From Mustelus asterias (Eukaryota): a DNA stretch of 63,821 nucleotides. The DNA lies in contig NC_135823.1 in the NCBI RefSeq assembly GCF_964213995.1, positions 124,180-188,000 of the forward strand. Direction: 5' to 3'. The translations under genes were made by a program, and so were the position numbers. The notes below the pieces were generated by a model. The model saw only the letters and a list, made by a program, of their open reading frames with translations, was not told the DNA's origin and ran no database searches. Position 1 is the stretch's first letter, and each line of letters starts with the position of its first letter. This document shows, piece after piece, positions 24,711-38,683 of this stretch.

Positions 24711-24912
24711 TCCACGCAGAGTTTGACTGGTTTGTCGTTCCGAGGGCATCACAAGAGTGTGGGGATATGTGCTGAATATGTAAGTTACAGTTTAATGTAT
24801 TCTCAGAATGTGTGATACGGCGGCTTAGTTTAGAAAGATGAGGGCGGGGATCTCACTGAAACTTACAGAACACTGAAAAGCCTGGGTAGAGTGGATATGG
24901 AGAAGATCTTCA

Positions 24913-25218
24913 GAATAGAATAGAATAGAATCACTGCAATGCAGAAGGAGGCCATTTAGCCCATCGAGGCTGCACTGACAATGACCCCACTCCGGAACGC
25001 CACCTTACACTCCGAGCCCGCCGACACTAAGGGGCAATTTTGCATGGCCAATCCAACTAACCCATACATCTTTGGATTGTGTGAGGAAACTGGGGCACCG
25101 ACAGGAATCCCATGCAGACGCGGGGAGAATGTGCAAACTCCACACATTCACCCAAGGCCGGAATTGGACCCGAGTCCCTGGTGCTGTGAAGCAGCAGTGC
25201 TAACCACTGTGCCACCGT
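24913..25218 (-). mobile_element. HE1-like SINE inserted in a plus-strand CR1 fragment (24825-25540)
   Basis: (AATAG)n tail and tRNA head; CR1 sequence on both sides. Confidence 0.85.
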
Positions 25219-25599
25219 CCATCAGTTGGAGAGACTCGCCTCCGAGTGCACAGACTCAGAGTAAAGGGTTGACCCTTTAGCACCGAGAAGAGAAGGAATT
25301 CCTTCAGCCAGGGAGACGTTAATCTGTGCAATTTATTGCCACAAAAGGCCGTGGAGGCCAAGTCATTGAGTGTATTTAAGACAGAGATAGGTAAGTTCTT
25401 GATTGGTAAGTGGTTCAAAGATTTAGAGGAAAAGGCGGGAGAATGGGGTTGAGAAACATATCAGCCATGATCGAATGGCAGAGCAGACTCGATGCAGAAT
25501 GGCGTAATTATGGTCCTTTATCCTATGGGCTTATGGCTTGGCCAACATGTATTAACCATCTCTATGATCCGATTGATTGATGGTGTTGAGTTGTCTTTT

Positions 25600-28215
25600 T
25601 AGAACATAGAGTATATATCATAGAAGTGTACAGCACTTCGATGTTGTGCTGAACATGGCGGAAATTAAACTAATCTCTTCTGCCTGACCTTGGTCCATAC
25701 CAAAGATGTGCGGGTTAGGTTGATTGGCCATGCTAAAAATTGCCCTTAGTGTCCTGAGATGTGTAGATTAGAGGGATTAGTGGGTAAATATGTAGGGATA
25801 TGGGGGTAGGGCCTGGGTGGGATTGTGGTCGGTGCAGACTCGATGGGCCGAATGGCCTCTTTCTGTACTGTAGGATTTCTATGATTTCTATGATATCCCC
25901 CTGTTCTTTGCATATTCATGTCCTTATCTAAAATCCCCTTAAACGCCCCTGTCGGATCTGCCTCCAACACCACCTCAGACAGCGCGTTCCAGACACTTAG
26001 CACTCTCTGTGTAAACAATTTGTTCCTCACTTCTCCTTTGAACTTTCCCCCTCTCACCTTAAGTGCATGCCCCTTAGTATTTGACATTTCAAACCTGAGA
26101 AAAAAGGATTTTGAGTGCCAACTCTATTCATGACTATGATAATTTTTATAGACTTCTATCGGTTCTCCCCTCAGCCTTCACTGCTCCAGAGAAAACAACT
26201 TCTGCATCTTCTCTGTGGTAGTCCATGTGCTACATCAGCAGTGCTAAATAAGGAGCGAGGACCACCATTTTGACCACGCCGTAGTGAAGGAACGACAATA
26301 GATTTCCAACATATTGCCTCTGATTGGGAGGGGAGTTGATGGCGATGGTGTCCACATGCATCCACTCTCTTTGTCCTTCAGGGCCAATAAGGTGTGGATT
26401 TGCAAAGTGAATGACAGGAATATAGATTGAATGCAATAGTACACACTATGAGCTATTCTGAAAAAAACTTTATTTTTACAATTATTGATATAGAAACATA
26501 GGCAACATAAGCAAGAAGAGCTCATTTGGCACTTTGTACCTGCTCCGCCACTCAGTTTGGTCAAAGCTAATCATCAAATTCAATGTCCTGATCCCCCCCT
26601 TTCCCCCATATTCCTCTTTAGCCCCAAGAGCTATTTCTTCTAATTCCTCGAACTCCTTGTGGATTCAGAACTGGCTTGCCTGCAGAAAGCAGAGAGTGGT
26701 TGTCGACGGGTCTTTTTCTGAATGGAGGTCGGTCACCAGTGGATTGCCCCAGGGATCTGCTCTGGGACCCTTGCTGTTTGTCAATTTCATAAATGACCTG
26801 GATGAGGAAGTGGAGGGATGGGTTGGTAAGTTTGCCGACGACACGAAGGTTGGTGGTGTTGTGGATAGGTTGGAGGGATGTCAGAAACTGCAGCATGACA
26901 TTGATAGGATGCAAGACTGGGCGGAGAAGTGGCAGATGGACTTCAATCCGGATAAATGTGTAGTGGTCCATTTTGGCAGGTCAAATGGGATGAAGGAGTA
27001 CAATATCAAGGGTAAGACTCTTAGCAGTGTAGAGGATCAGAAGGACCTTGGGGTACGGGTCCATAGGACTCTTAAATCGGCCTTGCAGGTGGAGGAGGTG
27101 GTTAAGAAGGCGTATGGTGTGCTGGCTTTCATCAATCGAGGGATTGAGTTTAGGAGTCGGGAGATAATGATGTAGCTTTATAAGACCCAATTGGAGTACT
27201 GGTGCTCAGTTCTGGTCGCCTCATTACAGGAGGGATGTGGAAATGATTGAAAGGGTGCAGAGAAGATTTACAAGGATGTTGCCTGGATTGGTTGGCATGC
27301 CTTATGAGGATAGGCTGAGGGAGTTCGGTCTTTTCCCCTTGGAGAGCCGAAGGATGAGAGGTGACCTGATAGAGGTGTACAAGATGTTGAGAGGTATAGA
27401 TCGGGTGGATTCTCTGAGGTTTTTCCCAGGGCTGAAATGGCTGCTCCGAGAGGACAAAAGTTCAAGGTGCTGGGGAGTAGGTACAGAGGAGATGTCAGGG
27501 GTACGTTTTTCACTCAGAGGGTGGTGGGTGAGTGGAATCGGCTGCCGTTAGTGTTGGTGGAGGCAAATTCGATAGGGTATTTTAAGAGATTTCTGGATGA
27601 GTACATGGAACTTAATAGGATTGAGGGTTCGAGGTAAGCCTATATATAAGCCTCGGTTGGTCGGGACATGACCGGCCTCTTTGTGCTGTATTTTTTCTAT
27701 GTTCTATGTTCCAAATCACAAAACGTTTTGGCCTCAACAACTTTCTGTGGTAGTGAATTTCACACATTGGCCCCTCTCTGGGTGAAGACATTTCTCTCCA
27801 CCTCAGTTCTAAAAGGTTTACCCCTTATCCTCAAACAATCACCACTAGTTCTGTTCACCCCCACAATCAGGACCACTCTTTCTGTATCTCCTCTGTCTAA
27901 ACCTGGTGGAACTTTATAAGTTACAGCGAGACCCCCTCTCACTCTCCTTAACGCTGAAGAATTCAATCCGAACCAACTTAGTCTCTCCTCACTTGACAGA
28001 CCTGTCATCTCAGGAATCAGCCTGGTGCACCTTCGCTGTCCTTCCTGTATAGCAAGGACATGCCTCCCTCAGATAAGGGCAGCCAATATTGTACACAACA
28101 CTCCAGGATTATTTTTGAAATCACATAACGTTTTGGCCTCAACTACTTTATGTGGTAATGAATTCCACACTTTCATCACTCTCTGGGTGAGGAAATTTCT
28201 CCTCACTTCAGTCCA
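25600..28215. mobile_element. cluster of CR1 fragments (minus 25600-26200 with SINE half at 25700-25893; plus 26655-27710; minus 27710-28215)
   Basis: RT motifs GLPQGSALGP and FADDTK in ORF 26534-27175, plus C-terminal motifs. Confidence 0.9.
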
Positions 28216-28221
28216 AAAACT

Positions 28222-28515
28222 GGGGCGGCACGGTCGCACAGTGGTTAGCACTGCTGTTTCACAGCACCAGGGACCTGCGTTTGATTCCCGGTTTTCGTCA
28301 CTGTCTGTGTGGAGTATGCACGTTCTCGCCGTGCCTGCGTGGATTTCCTCTGGGTGCTCTGGGTTCCTCCCACATTCTGAAAGACGTACTAGTTCGGTGA
28401 ATCGACCCGAACAGGCGCCCGACTGTGGCGACGGTGGGAATTTCAACTTTCACAGTAAGTTAATTGCAGTGTTAATATAAGCCTTACTTGTGACTAATAA
28501 ATTGACTTTAAACTT
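28222..28515 (+). mobile_element. HE1-related SINE variant
   Basis: tRNA head; same tail as 13095-13370. Confidence 0.85.
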
Positions 28516-29289
28516 GAAAAGGTTTACCCATATCCTCAAGTATGATCCCTCGTACGCGACACAACCTGCTTGCACAGAAACTGGAAAATATTGGATGGAC
28601 TGTGGGTGAATACATTTGAAATGCACAGTGGCGGCCTTAATGAGTTGTTTCGATGTTCCCTGTATGTAAAGAATGCACTGCTCGCTGATTGAGGGAATAG
28701 TCATTTGTGAGTGAATCTGGGCATCTTTAACCTGTCTTCCAAACTGGGCCTTGAATAAACACATGGACCTAGTGTCGTATTTATGAGGACACTGTACATA
28801 AGGTCATTCATACAATAACCTGGTCTTTGTTCGTTGTATCAAAGCTGGCAGCAGACAGTCTGCTGCTTGCGGTTTCAAGCAGAGAGCCAAGCTGTGCCCT
28901 CGGCAGGCAGCTCTTTGCGTGCAGCATCTCAACGGTGAAAACTAGCAAACCACTGAGAGTTTCTGGCTCGAATAATTTCCCATCATTGGTGTAAAGTGGA
29001 TGGAATCTTGGCTAGCGACTTCCGCCCCTCGATGTCCTCTGCACACCTCAGAACATGCGAGCCGTCCTTGTGTGTGTAGAAGCTAACAGCCGTGGCCAGA
29101 GCTAATGTGCCTCTTTGCCCTCTTTTTAGGTAATGTGCCTCTTTGCTGCCACGTCAAACCCTCTGTTGCAGGGTCGACTGACTCACTTCATTTTCATTCG
29201 AGGTCATGCACTTATGCAGGACAATTCAGGCACTCAATTCCCGGTAATGTCAGAAGCCATTCGACAAATCTCTTTATATTAAAGAAGGA

Positions 29290-29640
29290 GAGGCGATGGC
29301 CGAGTGGCATTATCGCTGGACTATTAATCCAGACACTCAGCTAGTGTTCTGGTGACCCTGGTTCTAATCTCGCCACGGTAGCTGGATGAGTATGAATTCA
29401 ATGAAAGATATCTGGAATTCAAAGTCTCCTGATGACCATGAAACCAATGTCGATTGTCAGGAAAAACCCATCCACTTCGCAAATATCCTTTCGCGAAGGA
29501 AATCTGCTGCCCTTATCTGTTCTGGCCTACATGTTACTCCAGACTCACGGCAATGTGGTTGACTCTCAACTGCCCTCGGGCAACTAGGGATGCGCAAAAA
29601 ATGCGGGACAGCCAGCGATGCCCATGTCCCATGAATGTAT
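29290..29640 (+). mobile_element. SacSINE1-like SINE
   Basis: GGCGATGGCCGAGTGG head; same family as 6325-6655. Confidence 0.7.
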
Positions 29641-30109
29641 GATCTTTTTGTCGCAACGTGCGTTCCCCATCATTATACTGAAGATTATGTGACATGGGTT
29701 CCTGAATCGTCTGACAGAGAATTTGCACGTTTCACTGAATTCACAGCAGAACTAGGTCATGTTTCCAATGAGAGAATCCAATAAGCAGCAACATTTGCCC
29801 CATTAACAGTTCCAAGTGTTTTGTCTGTTAGAATGATGCATTTTGACCCTTTGCAATAAGTGCCACTTCATCGGAATTCTACTCTTTATTCTCATTGGAA
29901 TTTCAAGTCATAAAACAGTTGATTAGGTGAGGACTGATGTTTAGCAGGCACATTTTAAAATAAATGTTTTTTTAATGTGCATTGATTTTGAACACCACTT
30001 GTAGCTCGTTTGTTCTTCCCTCAGAAATCTGAGTGAACAGCTCCCTCAAGGAAAAGTGAGCGAATGATCCATTTCATAATGTTGACCAGGAACATTGTTA
30101 CTCTTTTGG

Positions 30110-30365
30110 TCGAGAGCGTCACCTTTCTCAGTGTGCAGATCACCAGCAATCTGTCCTGGTCCCTCCACGCCGATGCTATCGTTAGGAAAGCCCACCAACG
30201 CCTCTACTTTCTCAGATGACTGAGGAAATTCTGCATCTCTGCTACGCCTCTCACGAACTTTTACAGATGCATCATAGAAAACATCCTTTCCGAATGTCTC
30301 ACAGATTGGTATGGCTCCTGCTCTGGCCAAGACTGCAAAAAACTACAAATGGTTGTGAATGAGGC
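30110..30365 (+). mobile_element. Rex1/Babar-like internal fragment
   Basis: similar to 18880-19135. Confidence 0.8.
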
Positions 30366-30788
30366 CATCTGCATTTTATTGTTATCAGATAATTTAATCG
30401 AATCTGATGAACTCATTTATCTGTCACATTGGCAATTCCTGGAATAGGCTGTGGTGCATCAGCCACTGGACACTTCTAGTTGAAGTTTCTTACAACAGAT
30501 TCAGCCTTGCATTTTGCACTGATGTGCTGGGCTCCGCCGTCATTGAGCTTAAAATATGATTGGAGCTTCCCAACCTGTTAACTGTCGTATTTAATACCTC
30601 TATTCCCGACTGAATGGAGCAGGACTGCAGTTGACAATGATCTGCTCATTGTGGGGCCATTTAGCTCTGTCTATCGCATTCTGCGTTCGCTGTTTGTCAC
30701 ACAAGTCTTCCTGTGCTGTACCTTAACGACGTTACATTTTACTTTTAAGGTTCATCTCCAGCCAGTGCATCCTTCAAGTGGATTTCAA

Positions 30789-32975
30789 CATAAGACCATA
30801 AGACCATAAGACATAGGAGCCGAAGTAAGGCCATTCGGCCCATCGAGTCCACTCCACCAGACAATCATGGTTGATTTCAACTTCATTTACCCGCTCTCTC
30901 CCCATAGCCCTTAATTCCTCGAGAAATCAAGAATTTATCAATTTCTGTCTTGAAGACGCTCAACGTCTCGGCCTCCACAGCCCTCTGTGGCAATGAATTC
31001 CACAGACCTACCGCTCTCTGGCTGAAGAAATTTCTCCTCATCTCTGTTCTAAAGTGACTCCTTTTATTCTAAGGCTCTGCCCCCGCGTCCTAGTCTCCCC
31101 TGCTAATGGAAACAACTTCCCTACGTCCATCCTATCTGAGCCGTTCATTATCTTGTAAGTTTCTATTAGATCTCCCCTCAACCTCCTAAACTCCAATGAA
31201 TATAATCCCACGATCCTCAGACGTTCATCGTATGTCAGGCCTACCATTCCTGGCATCATCCGTGTGAATCTCCGCTGGACCCGCTCCAGTGCCAGTATGT
31301 CCTTCCTGAGGTGTGGGGCCCAAAATTGCTCACAGTACTCCAAATGGGGCCTAACCAGTGCTTTATAAAGCCTCAGAAGTACATCCCTGCTTTTGTATTC
31401 CAAGCCTCTTGAGATAAATGACAACATTACATTTGCTTTCTTAATTACGGACTCAACCTGCAAGTTTACCTTTAGAGAATCCTGGACTAGGACTCCCAAG
31501 TCCCTTTGCACTTTAGCATTATGAATTTTGTCACCGTTTAGAAAATAGTCCATGCCTCTATTCTTTTTTCCAAAGTGCACGACCTCGCACTTGCCCACGT
31601 TGAATTTCATCAGCCACTTCTTGGACCACTCTCCTAAACTGTCTAAATCTTTCTGCAGCCTCCCCATCTCCTCAATACTACCTGCCCCTCCACCTATCTT
31701 TGTATCATCGGCAAACTTGGCCAGAATGCCCCCAGTCCCGTCATCGAGATCGTTAATATATATAAGGAGAACAGCTGTGGCCCCAACACTGAACCCTGCG
31801 GGACACCACTTGTCACCGGTTGCCATTCTGAGAAAGAACCTTTTATCCCAACTCTCTGCCTTCTGTCTGACAGCCAATCGTCAATCCATGTTAGTACCTT
31901 GCCTCGAATACCATGGGCCCTTATTTTACTCAGCAGTCTCCCGTGAGGCACCTTGTCAAAGGCCTTTTGGAAGTCAAGATAGATAACATCCATTGGCTCT
32001 CCTTGGTCTAACCTATTTGTTATCTCTTCAAAGAACTCTAACAGGTTTGTCAGGCACGACCTCCCCTTACTAAATCCATGCTGACTTGTCCTAATCCGAC
32101 CCTGCACTTCCAAGAATTTAGAAATCTCATCCTTAACGATGGATTCTAGAATTTTGCCAACAACTGAGGTTAGGCTAGGTGGCCTATAATTTTCCATCTT
32201 TTTTCTTGTTCCCTTCTTGAACAGTGGGGTTACAACAGCGATTTTCCAATCCTCTGGGACTTTCCCTGACTCCAATGACTTTTGAAAGATCATAACTAAC
32301 GCCTCCACTATTTCTTCAGCTATCTCCTTTAGAACTCTAGCATGTAGCCCATCTGGGCCCGGAGATTTATCAATTTTCAGACCTTTCAGTTTCTCTAGCA
32401 CTTTCTCCTTTGTGATGGCAACCATATTCAAATCTGCCCCCTGACTTTCCTGAATTGTTGGGATATTACTCATGTCTTCTACTGTGAAGACTGACGCAAA
32501 GTACTTATTAAGTTCCTCAGCTATTTCCTTGTCTCCCATCACTAGATTACCAGCGTCATTTTGGAGCGGCCCAATGTCTACTTTTGCCTCCCGTTTGTTT
32601 TTAATGTATTTAAAGAAACTTTTATTATCATTCCTAATGTTACTGGCTAGCCTACCTTCATATTTGATCCTCTCCTTCCTTATTTCTCTCTTTGTTATCC
32701 TCTGTTTGTTTTTATAGCCTTCCCAATCTTCTGACTTCCCACTACTCTTTGCCACATTATAGACTCTCTCTTTTGCCTTGATGCATTCCCTGACTTCCTT
32801 TGTCAGCCATGGCTGCCTAATCCCCCCTCTGATAACCTTTCTTTTGTTTGGGATGAACCTCTGCACTGTGTCCTCAATTACTCCCAGAAACTCCTGCCAT
32901 TGCTGTTCTACTGTCTTTCCCACTAGGCTCTGCTTCCAGTCGGTTTTTGTCAGTTCCTCCCTCATGCGCCTGTAA
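30789..32975 (-). mobile_element. 5'-truncated CR1 LINE
   Basis: ORFs 31694-33067 and 31038-31877 with RT motifs; (CATAAGAC)n tail. Confidence 0.96.
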
Positions 32976-33677
32976 TTAAGATGGAGGAGTATTGATACAT
33001 GAGCTGATTCGGACAGTCTGAGGTAAATAGCAGGACGTTTCCTTGTCCATGGGTGTGCTGTTGGCAAGTAACGACTTGTGCTCTGGAGAAGATTTTGGGA
33101 ACTCAGTGTCTCAATCTGAGATTCTCCCTCCGTTCCGACTGCATGCTACTGTAGCGCCACCTCAGGGATGGTGATGGTGGTGTCTAGGACTTCCTCTGCC
33201 GGATGTGATTCCCTGAGTATGACGATTACAACCTTTTCCTTTCCTGTTCGGAAAGAAGGAGCCGGCGGTGGAAGGGGGAGGGTGGGGGGGTGGGGGGGGG
33301 GGGGGGGCGGTGGGGGTGGGGGGGAGAGAGAGGGAGGTGGGTAGGGAATGCATTTCCTCTAAATTTGGAAGAGGCCCCCAGACGTTCTTAAGGACTACTT
33401 TGATGGGTCAACAGATTTGAGTTCGCATTTTATTTCTGCTGTTGTTTTTCGTGTCTCCATCAATGTTGAGCGAATCTCCCTGATCTCGTCCTATTGTACT
33501 GTTTTTATCCAATGGGGTGACATAAAAGCTATCTCAGAGGTCTGGAATCATAAGTTGGCAAGGTCAGACTGGGCGCAGAGCGACCATTTCATTCACTAAA
33601 TGAGAAAAAATGTATGCAATGTTTCTTTATGACGATCGATCACGGTTTCGGGGTCTCTATAACTGGGGCGTGTTTTT

Positions 33678-35610
33678 AGAACCATAGAACCATAGAAAAT
33701 TACAGCTCAGAAACAGGCCTTTTGGCCCTTCTTGTCTGTGCCGAACCATTTTATGCCAGTCCCACTGACCTGCAATTGGACCATATCCCTCCACACCCCT
33801 CTCATCCATGAACCCGTCCAAGTTTTTCTTAAATGCATTTACCACTTTATCCGGCTGCTCATTCCACACTCCCACCACTCTCTGCGTGAAGAAGCCCCCC
33901 CTAATATTCCCTTTAAACTTTTCTCCTTTCACCCTTAACCCATGCCCTCTGGTTTTTTTCTCCCCTAGCCTCAGTGGAAAAAGCCTGCTTGCATTCACTC
34001 TATCTATACCCATCAAAATCTTATACACCTCTATCAAATCTCCCCACAATCTTCTACGCTCCAGGGAATAAAGTCCCAACCTATTCAATCTCTCTCTGTA
34101 ACTCAGCTTCTCAAGTCCCGGCAACATCCTTGTGAACCTTCTCTGCACTATTTCAATCTTATTTACATCCTTCCTGTAATTAGGTGACCAAAACTGTCCA
34201 CAATACTCCAAATTCGGCCTTATATAACCTTACCATAACACTCCAACTTTTATACTCGATACTCCGATTTATAAAGGCCAATGGACCAAAGGCACTCGTT
34301 ACGATCCTATCCACCTGTGACGTCACTTTTAGGGAATTCTGTACCTGTATTCCCAGATCCCTCTGTTCAACTGCACTCTTCAGAGTCCTACCATTTACGC
34401 TGTACGTTCTTCTTTTGTTTGTCCTTCCAAAGTGCAATATCTCACACTTGTCTGCGTTAAATTCCATTTGCCATTTTTCAGCCCATTTTTCTAGTTGGTC
34501 CAAATCCCTCTGCAAGCTTTGAAAACCTTCCTCACTGTCCACTACACCTCCAATCTTTGTATCATCAGCAAACTTGCTGATCCAATTGACCACATTATCA
34601 TCCAGATCATTGACATAGATGACAAACAACAATGGACCCAACACCGATCCCTGTGGCACACCACTAGTCACAGGCCTCCACTCAGAGAAGCAATCCTCCA
34701 CAACCACTCTCTGGCTTCTTCCATTGAGCCAGTGTCTTATCCAATTTACTACCTCCCCATGTATACCTAGCGACTGAACCTTCCGAACTAACCTCCCATG
34801 AGGGACCTTGTCAAAGGCCTTGCTGAAATCCAGGTAGACAACATCCACTGCCTTCCCTTCATCCACTTTCCTGGTCACCTCCTCAATAAACTCTAATAGA
34901 TTGGTCAAACATGACTTACCACGCACAAAGCCATGTTGACTTTCCCTAATAAGTCCCTGTCTATCCAAATATTTGTAGATCCTATCCCTTATCACACCTT
35001 CCAATAACTTGCCCACCACCGACGTCAAACTTACTGGCCGATAATTTCCCGGATTTCTTTTGGAACCTGTTTTAAACAACGGAACAATTTGAGCCACCCT
35101 CCAATCATCCGGCACCTCCCCCGTGAATACTGACATTTTAAATATGTCTGCCAGGGCCCCTGCAAGTTCAACACTAGCTTCCCTCAAAGTCCGTGGGAAT
35201 ACCCTGTCCGGTCCTGGGGATTTATCCACTCTGATTTGCCTCAAGACAGCGAGCACCTCCTCCCCTTTAATCTGTAAATGTTCCATGGCCTCCCTACCAG
35301 TTTGCCGTATTTCCGTAGACTCCATGCCCGTTTCCTCAGTAAATACGGATGCAAAAAAACCATTTAGTATCTCCCCCATCTCTTTTGGTTCCATACACAG
35401 TCTACCACTCTGGTCTTCAAGAGGACCAATTTTATCCCTCACTATCCTTTTGCTCCTAACATACCTATAGAAGCTCTTTGGATTTTCCTTCACTCTGTCT
35501 GCCAAAGCAACCTCATGTCTTCTTTTAGCCCTCCTGATTTCCCTCTTAAGTAGCTTCTTGCACTTTTTATACTCCTCGAGCATCTGATGTGTTCCTTGCT
35601 GCCTGTACAT
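33678..35610 (-). mobile_element. 5'-truncated CR1 LINE
   Basis: ORF 34180-35610 with full RT motifs; (AGAACCAT)n tail. Confidence 0.96.
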
Positions 35611-36944
35611 TGGATTGTTATTTCTGTTATTTCCGTTATTAACAGAATTTTAATTCCACATTTTCCGAATTCTAATTCCACATTTTCCGAATTCTATTCC
35701 ATATCCCAAACGGATTTGCCTGGACATGTCGACTGATATTACCACCGTTGCACTGCGCCCCTGTTTCACAAGTCAAGTGGTCTACTTCTCTTACATGACA
35801 TTTTAATTTAAAAATTAATGGCATGGTTTTTCATTTGAAGTATTTCATGGCCAATATTCATCCCAGATTGCCTATGATCCACATGCCATTTTCATGTGTT
35901 ATGCATTACGAATGAACTGATATGATACTGATTTGACACCTATATATATGATTTCATCTATTTCCCAGGTTCAGTGGTGGTGCACAACCATACACTTAAA
36001 GCATTTTTCTGCATTGGACAAAGGTCGACAGGAAGACAAGAAGGAGGCTCGAAGTCAAGTGGATCATCTCAGATTTCCAAACGGGTCCACTCAGTCAGAG
36101 ACAGGAACTAAACTGTCAATCTAAATATCGAAGACTCTCAACAAACAACTAAACTATGTTAAGATAATGGGTTTCCATTAGTAATATCGAAAATAACAAT
36201 TTTAGAAAGAAATGATTGATTTCAAAGTGTTTGGAACTTTCCACAGACGAGTGAGTTTGAGAATCCCTGGGACGTTACTTCCCACATAAACACTGGATGG
36301 CTTGTGGTAATATTACTGGATTTATTTTATAGATTAAGTGGCTATAGGGACTGCACCCTAAAGGTATGTTTACTCATGAGTCGAACCAGGTAAGAGTCTT
36401 TGCTGGAAAGTGTTCTGTGAGATTAATGTTAATGGTGTAATGTAATCTTCTGTGTCTTTTTTTTGTGTAACTTTTAATAAATGCATAACTTTAATATTTA
36501 AAAGCATCAAAGGTGTTGTGACATTTCTGGCACCTGATCTCGTACACACACCTTCTTGCAGAAAGGAGCAAGTAAAAGATGGGTGGAATTATGTGATTTT
36601 TCATTGTCACATGCATTGGGATACAGTGAAAAGTATTGTTTCTTGCGCGCCATACCGACAAAAAATACCGTTCATAGAGTACATAGAGAGAAGGAAAAGA
36701 GAGGGTGCAGAATATAATATAATATAATCTAATAGAATAGAATAGAATAGAATACAGGGCAGGTGTGACCTCTACACAAAAAAACGCGTGGCACTTGAAT
36801 CCCAGGGGGACCAAGATCCTGGCGGGAAGGTTGGCTGAGGCTACTGGGGAGAGTTTAAACTAGATAGGTTGGGGAGAGGGGATCGAGACGAGGTGACTGG
36901 GAGCGAGGAAGTTAGATTGCAATCAGAGAAGGGTTATAGACTCT

Positions 36945-37560
36945 TGTGTCTGTGTGTGAGCTTGCATGCATGTATGAGTACCTGTGCGTGCGCATGGTAA
37001 CAAGTGTCACATCACCAGGTTAAAGTCCAACAGGTTTATTTGGAATCACGAGCTTTCGGAGCGCTGCTCCTTCATCAGGTGAGGTGGACTTGTTGGACTT
37101 TAACCTGCTGTTGTGAGATTTCTTATTGTGCCCACCCCAGTCCAATGCCAGCATTTCGACATCATGGCTACCTATGTGTGTGTACTTGTGTGTATTAGAG
37201 CACGTGAGTGAGCCAGTGTGTGTCTGTGCATGTGTGTGTGTGTCCGTATGTGTTTGTGCGTGTGTCTTTGCCCGTTCGTGTCTGTGCAGATATGTGCATG
37301 TCTGTATGTGGCTGTGTGTGTGTCTGTGTTTATGAACTGGTGTTTCTGTGTGTGTGAGTGTGATTGAGTCTGTGTTTCTGTGTGCGTGTGTCTGTGTATG
37401 TATTTAAGTCTGTGTGTATGACTGTGTGTTTCTGTTCTTTTGTGTCTGTGTATGCGCCGTTATTTCTGTGTATGTTTGTTTGTGCATGTGTTTATGTGCA
37501 GATGCCGGCATGCCTGTGTGTGTGTGTGTGTGTGTGTGGGTGTGAGTGTGGGTGTGTGTT
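36945..37560. repeat. degenerate (TG)n array containing a Penelope terminal fragment (36990-37170)
   Basis: TG dinucleotide array. Confidence 0.9.
37046..37082 (-). ncRNA. minimal type-I hammerhead ribozyme motif (Penelope pLTR-derived)
   Basis: minus strand TCAC-CTGATGA-A-GGAGC/AGC/GCTCC-GAAA-GC-TC-GTGA: intact core, stems I and II, palindromic stem III. Confidence 0.75.
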
Positions 37561-37688
37561 CTCCTGCGAGGTGTGATTGATAATATTGTGCAGAAACATA
37601 TTTCACTCTGTTTTCCCCAGATATTGGCAATTCCAACACTTAATTCAGGTGTCATGTATCCCCGGTGTGTTTATTGTGAACTGTGGTT

Positions 37689-38360
37689 TAGAATCATAGA
37701 ATCCATACAGTGCAGAAAGAGGCCATTCGGCCTATCGAGTTTGCACCGATCACAATCCCACAGAGGCACTATCCCCATAACCCCACTTATTTACTCGGCT
37801 AACCCCCCTGACACTGGGGGAGAACTTAGCATGGCCAATCAACCTAACCACACGTCTTTGCACTGTGGGCGGAAACCGGAGCACCCGAAGGAAACCCAGG
37901 CAGGCACAGAGAGATCATGCAAACTCCACACAGATAGTGACCCAAGCCAGGAATCGAACCTGGGCCCCTGGCGCTGTGAGGCAGCAGTGCTAACCACTGT
38001 GCCGTTTCATCAGTCATTTGGGGCGGCACGGTAGCACAGTGGTTAGCACTGCTGCTTCACAGCTCCAGGGACCTGGGTTCGATTCCCGGCTTGGGTCACT
38101 GTCTGTGTGGAGTTTGCACATTCTCCTCATGTGTGCGTGGTTTTTCTCCGGGTGCTCCGGTTTCCTCTCACAGTCCAAAGATGTGCGGGTTAGGTTGATT
38201 GGCTATGCTAAAATTGCCCCTTAGTGTCCTGGGATGCGTAGATTAGAGGGACTGACGGGTAAAATATGCAGAGATATGGGTGTCGGGCCTGGGTGGGATT
38301 ATGGTCGGTGCAGACTCGATGGGCCGAATGGCCTCTTTCTGTACTGTAGGGTTTGTATGA
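37689..38360. mobile_element. head-to-head pair of HE1-like SINEs (minus 37689-38005, plus 38020-38360)
   Basis: two full-length copies in opposite orientation ~15 bp apart. Confidence 0.9.
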
Positions 38361-38542
38361 ATTCTGAAAGGGCAGCTTTCCCTGACAATTCTGTGAAAGA
38401 TTTTATTGAAGGTTCTAACTGGCAGGGTAAATAGTTGGCGGGAGTGGAGGCAGTGCATTTTGCGTCCAACTCAGTCCCTCTCTCTGCATCATTGTAACCT
38501 GATCAAGCAGCACACAATGGAGATCTTCACTTCTGGTCCAGC

Positions 38543-38616
38543 AGATTTCATTTTGACACCTTTCCAGCTTTCATTCAAAGGGGAATGAAAACTGGAATGG
38601 TGTCAAAATGAAATCT
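38543..38616. repeat. 34-bp inverted repeat with a 6-nt loop
   Basis: arms 38543-38576 and 38583-38616, 2 mismatches. Confidence 0.92.
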
Positions 38617-38683
38617 ATGCAATAGAACGTTTTAATTTCATAGTTATTTCTAGGACAAATAATTGCATGGAAAACATTAAGTT

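Noticed and set aside
29200-37690. Scattered plus-strand AG...GT mini-exons (near 30025, 35969, 36332, 37621)
   Set aside because: Could not be assembled into a coherent ORF; expected by chance
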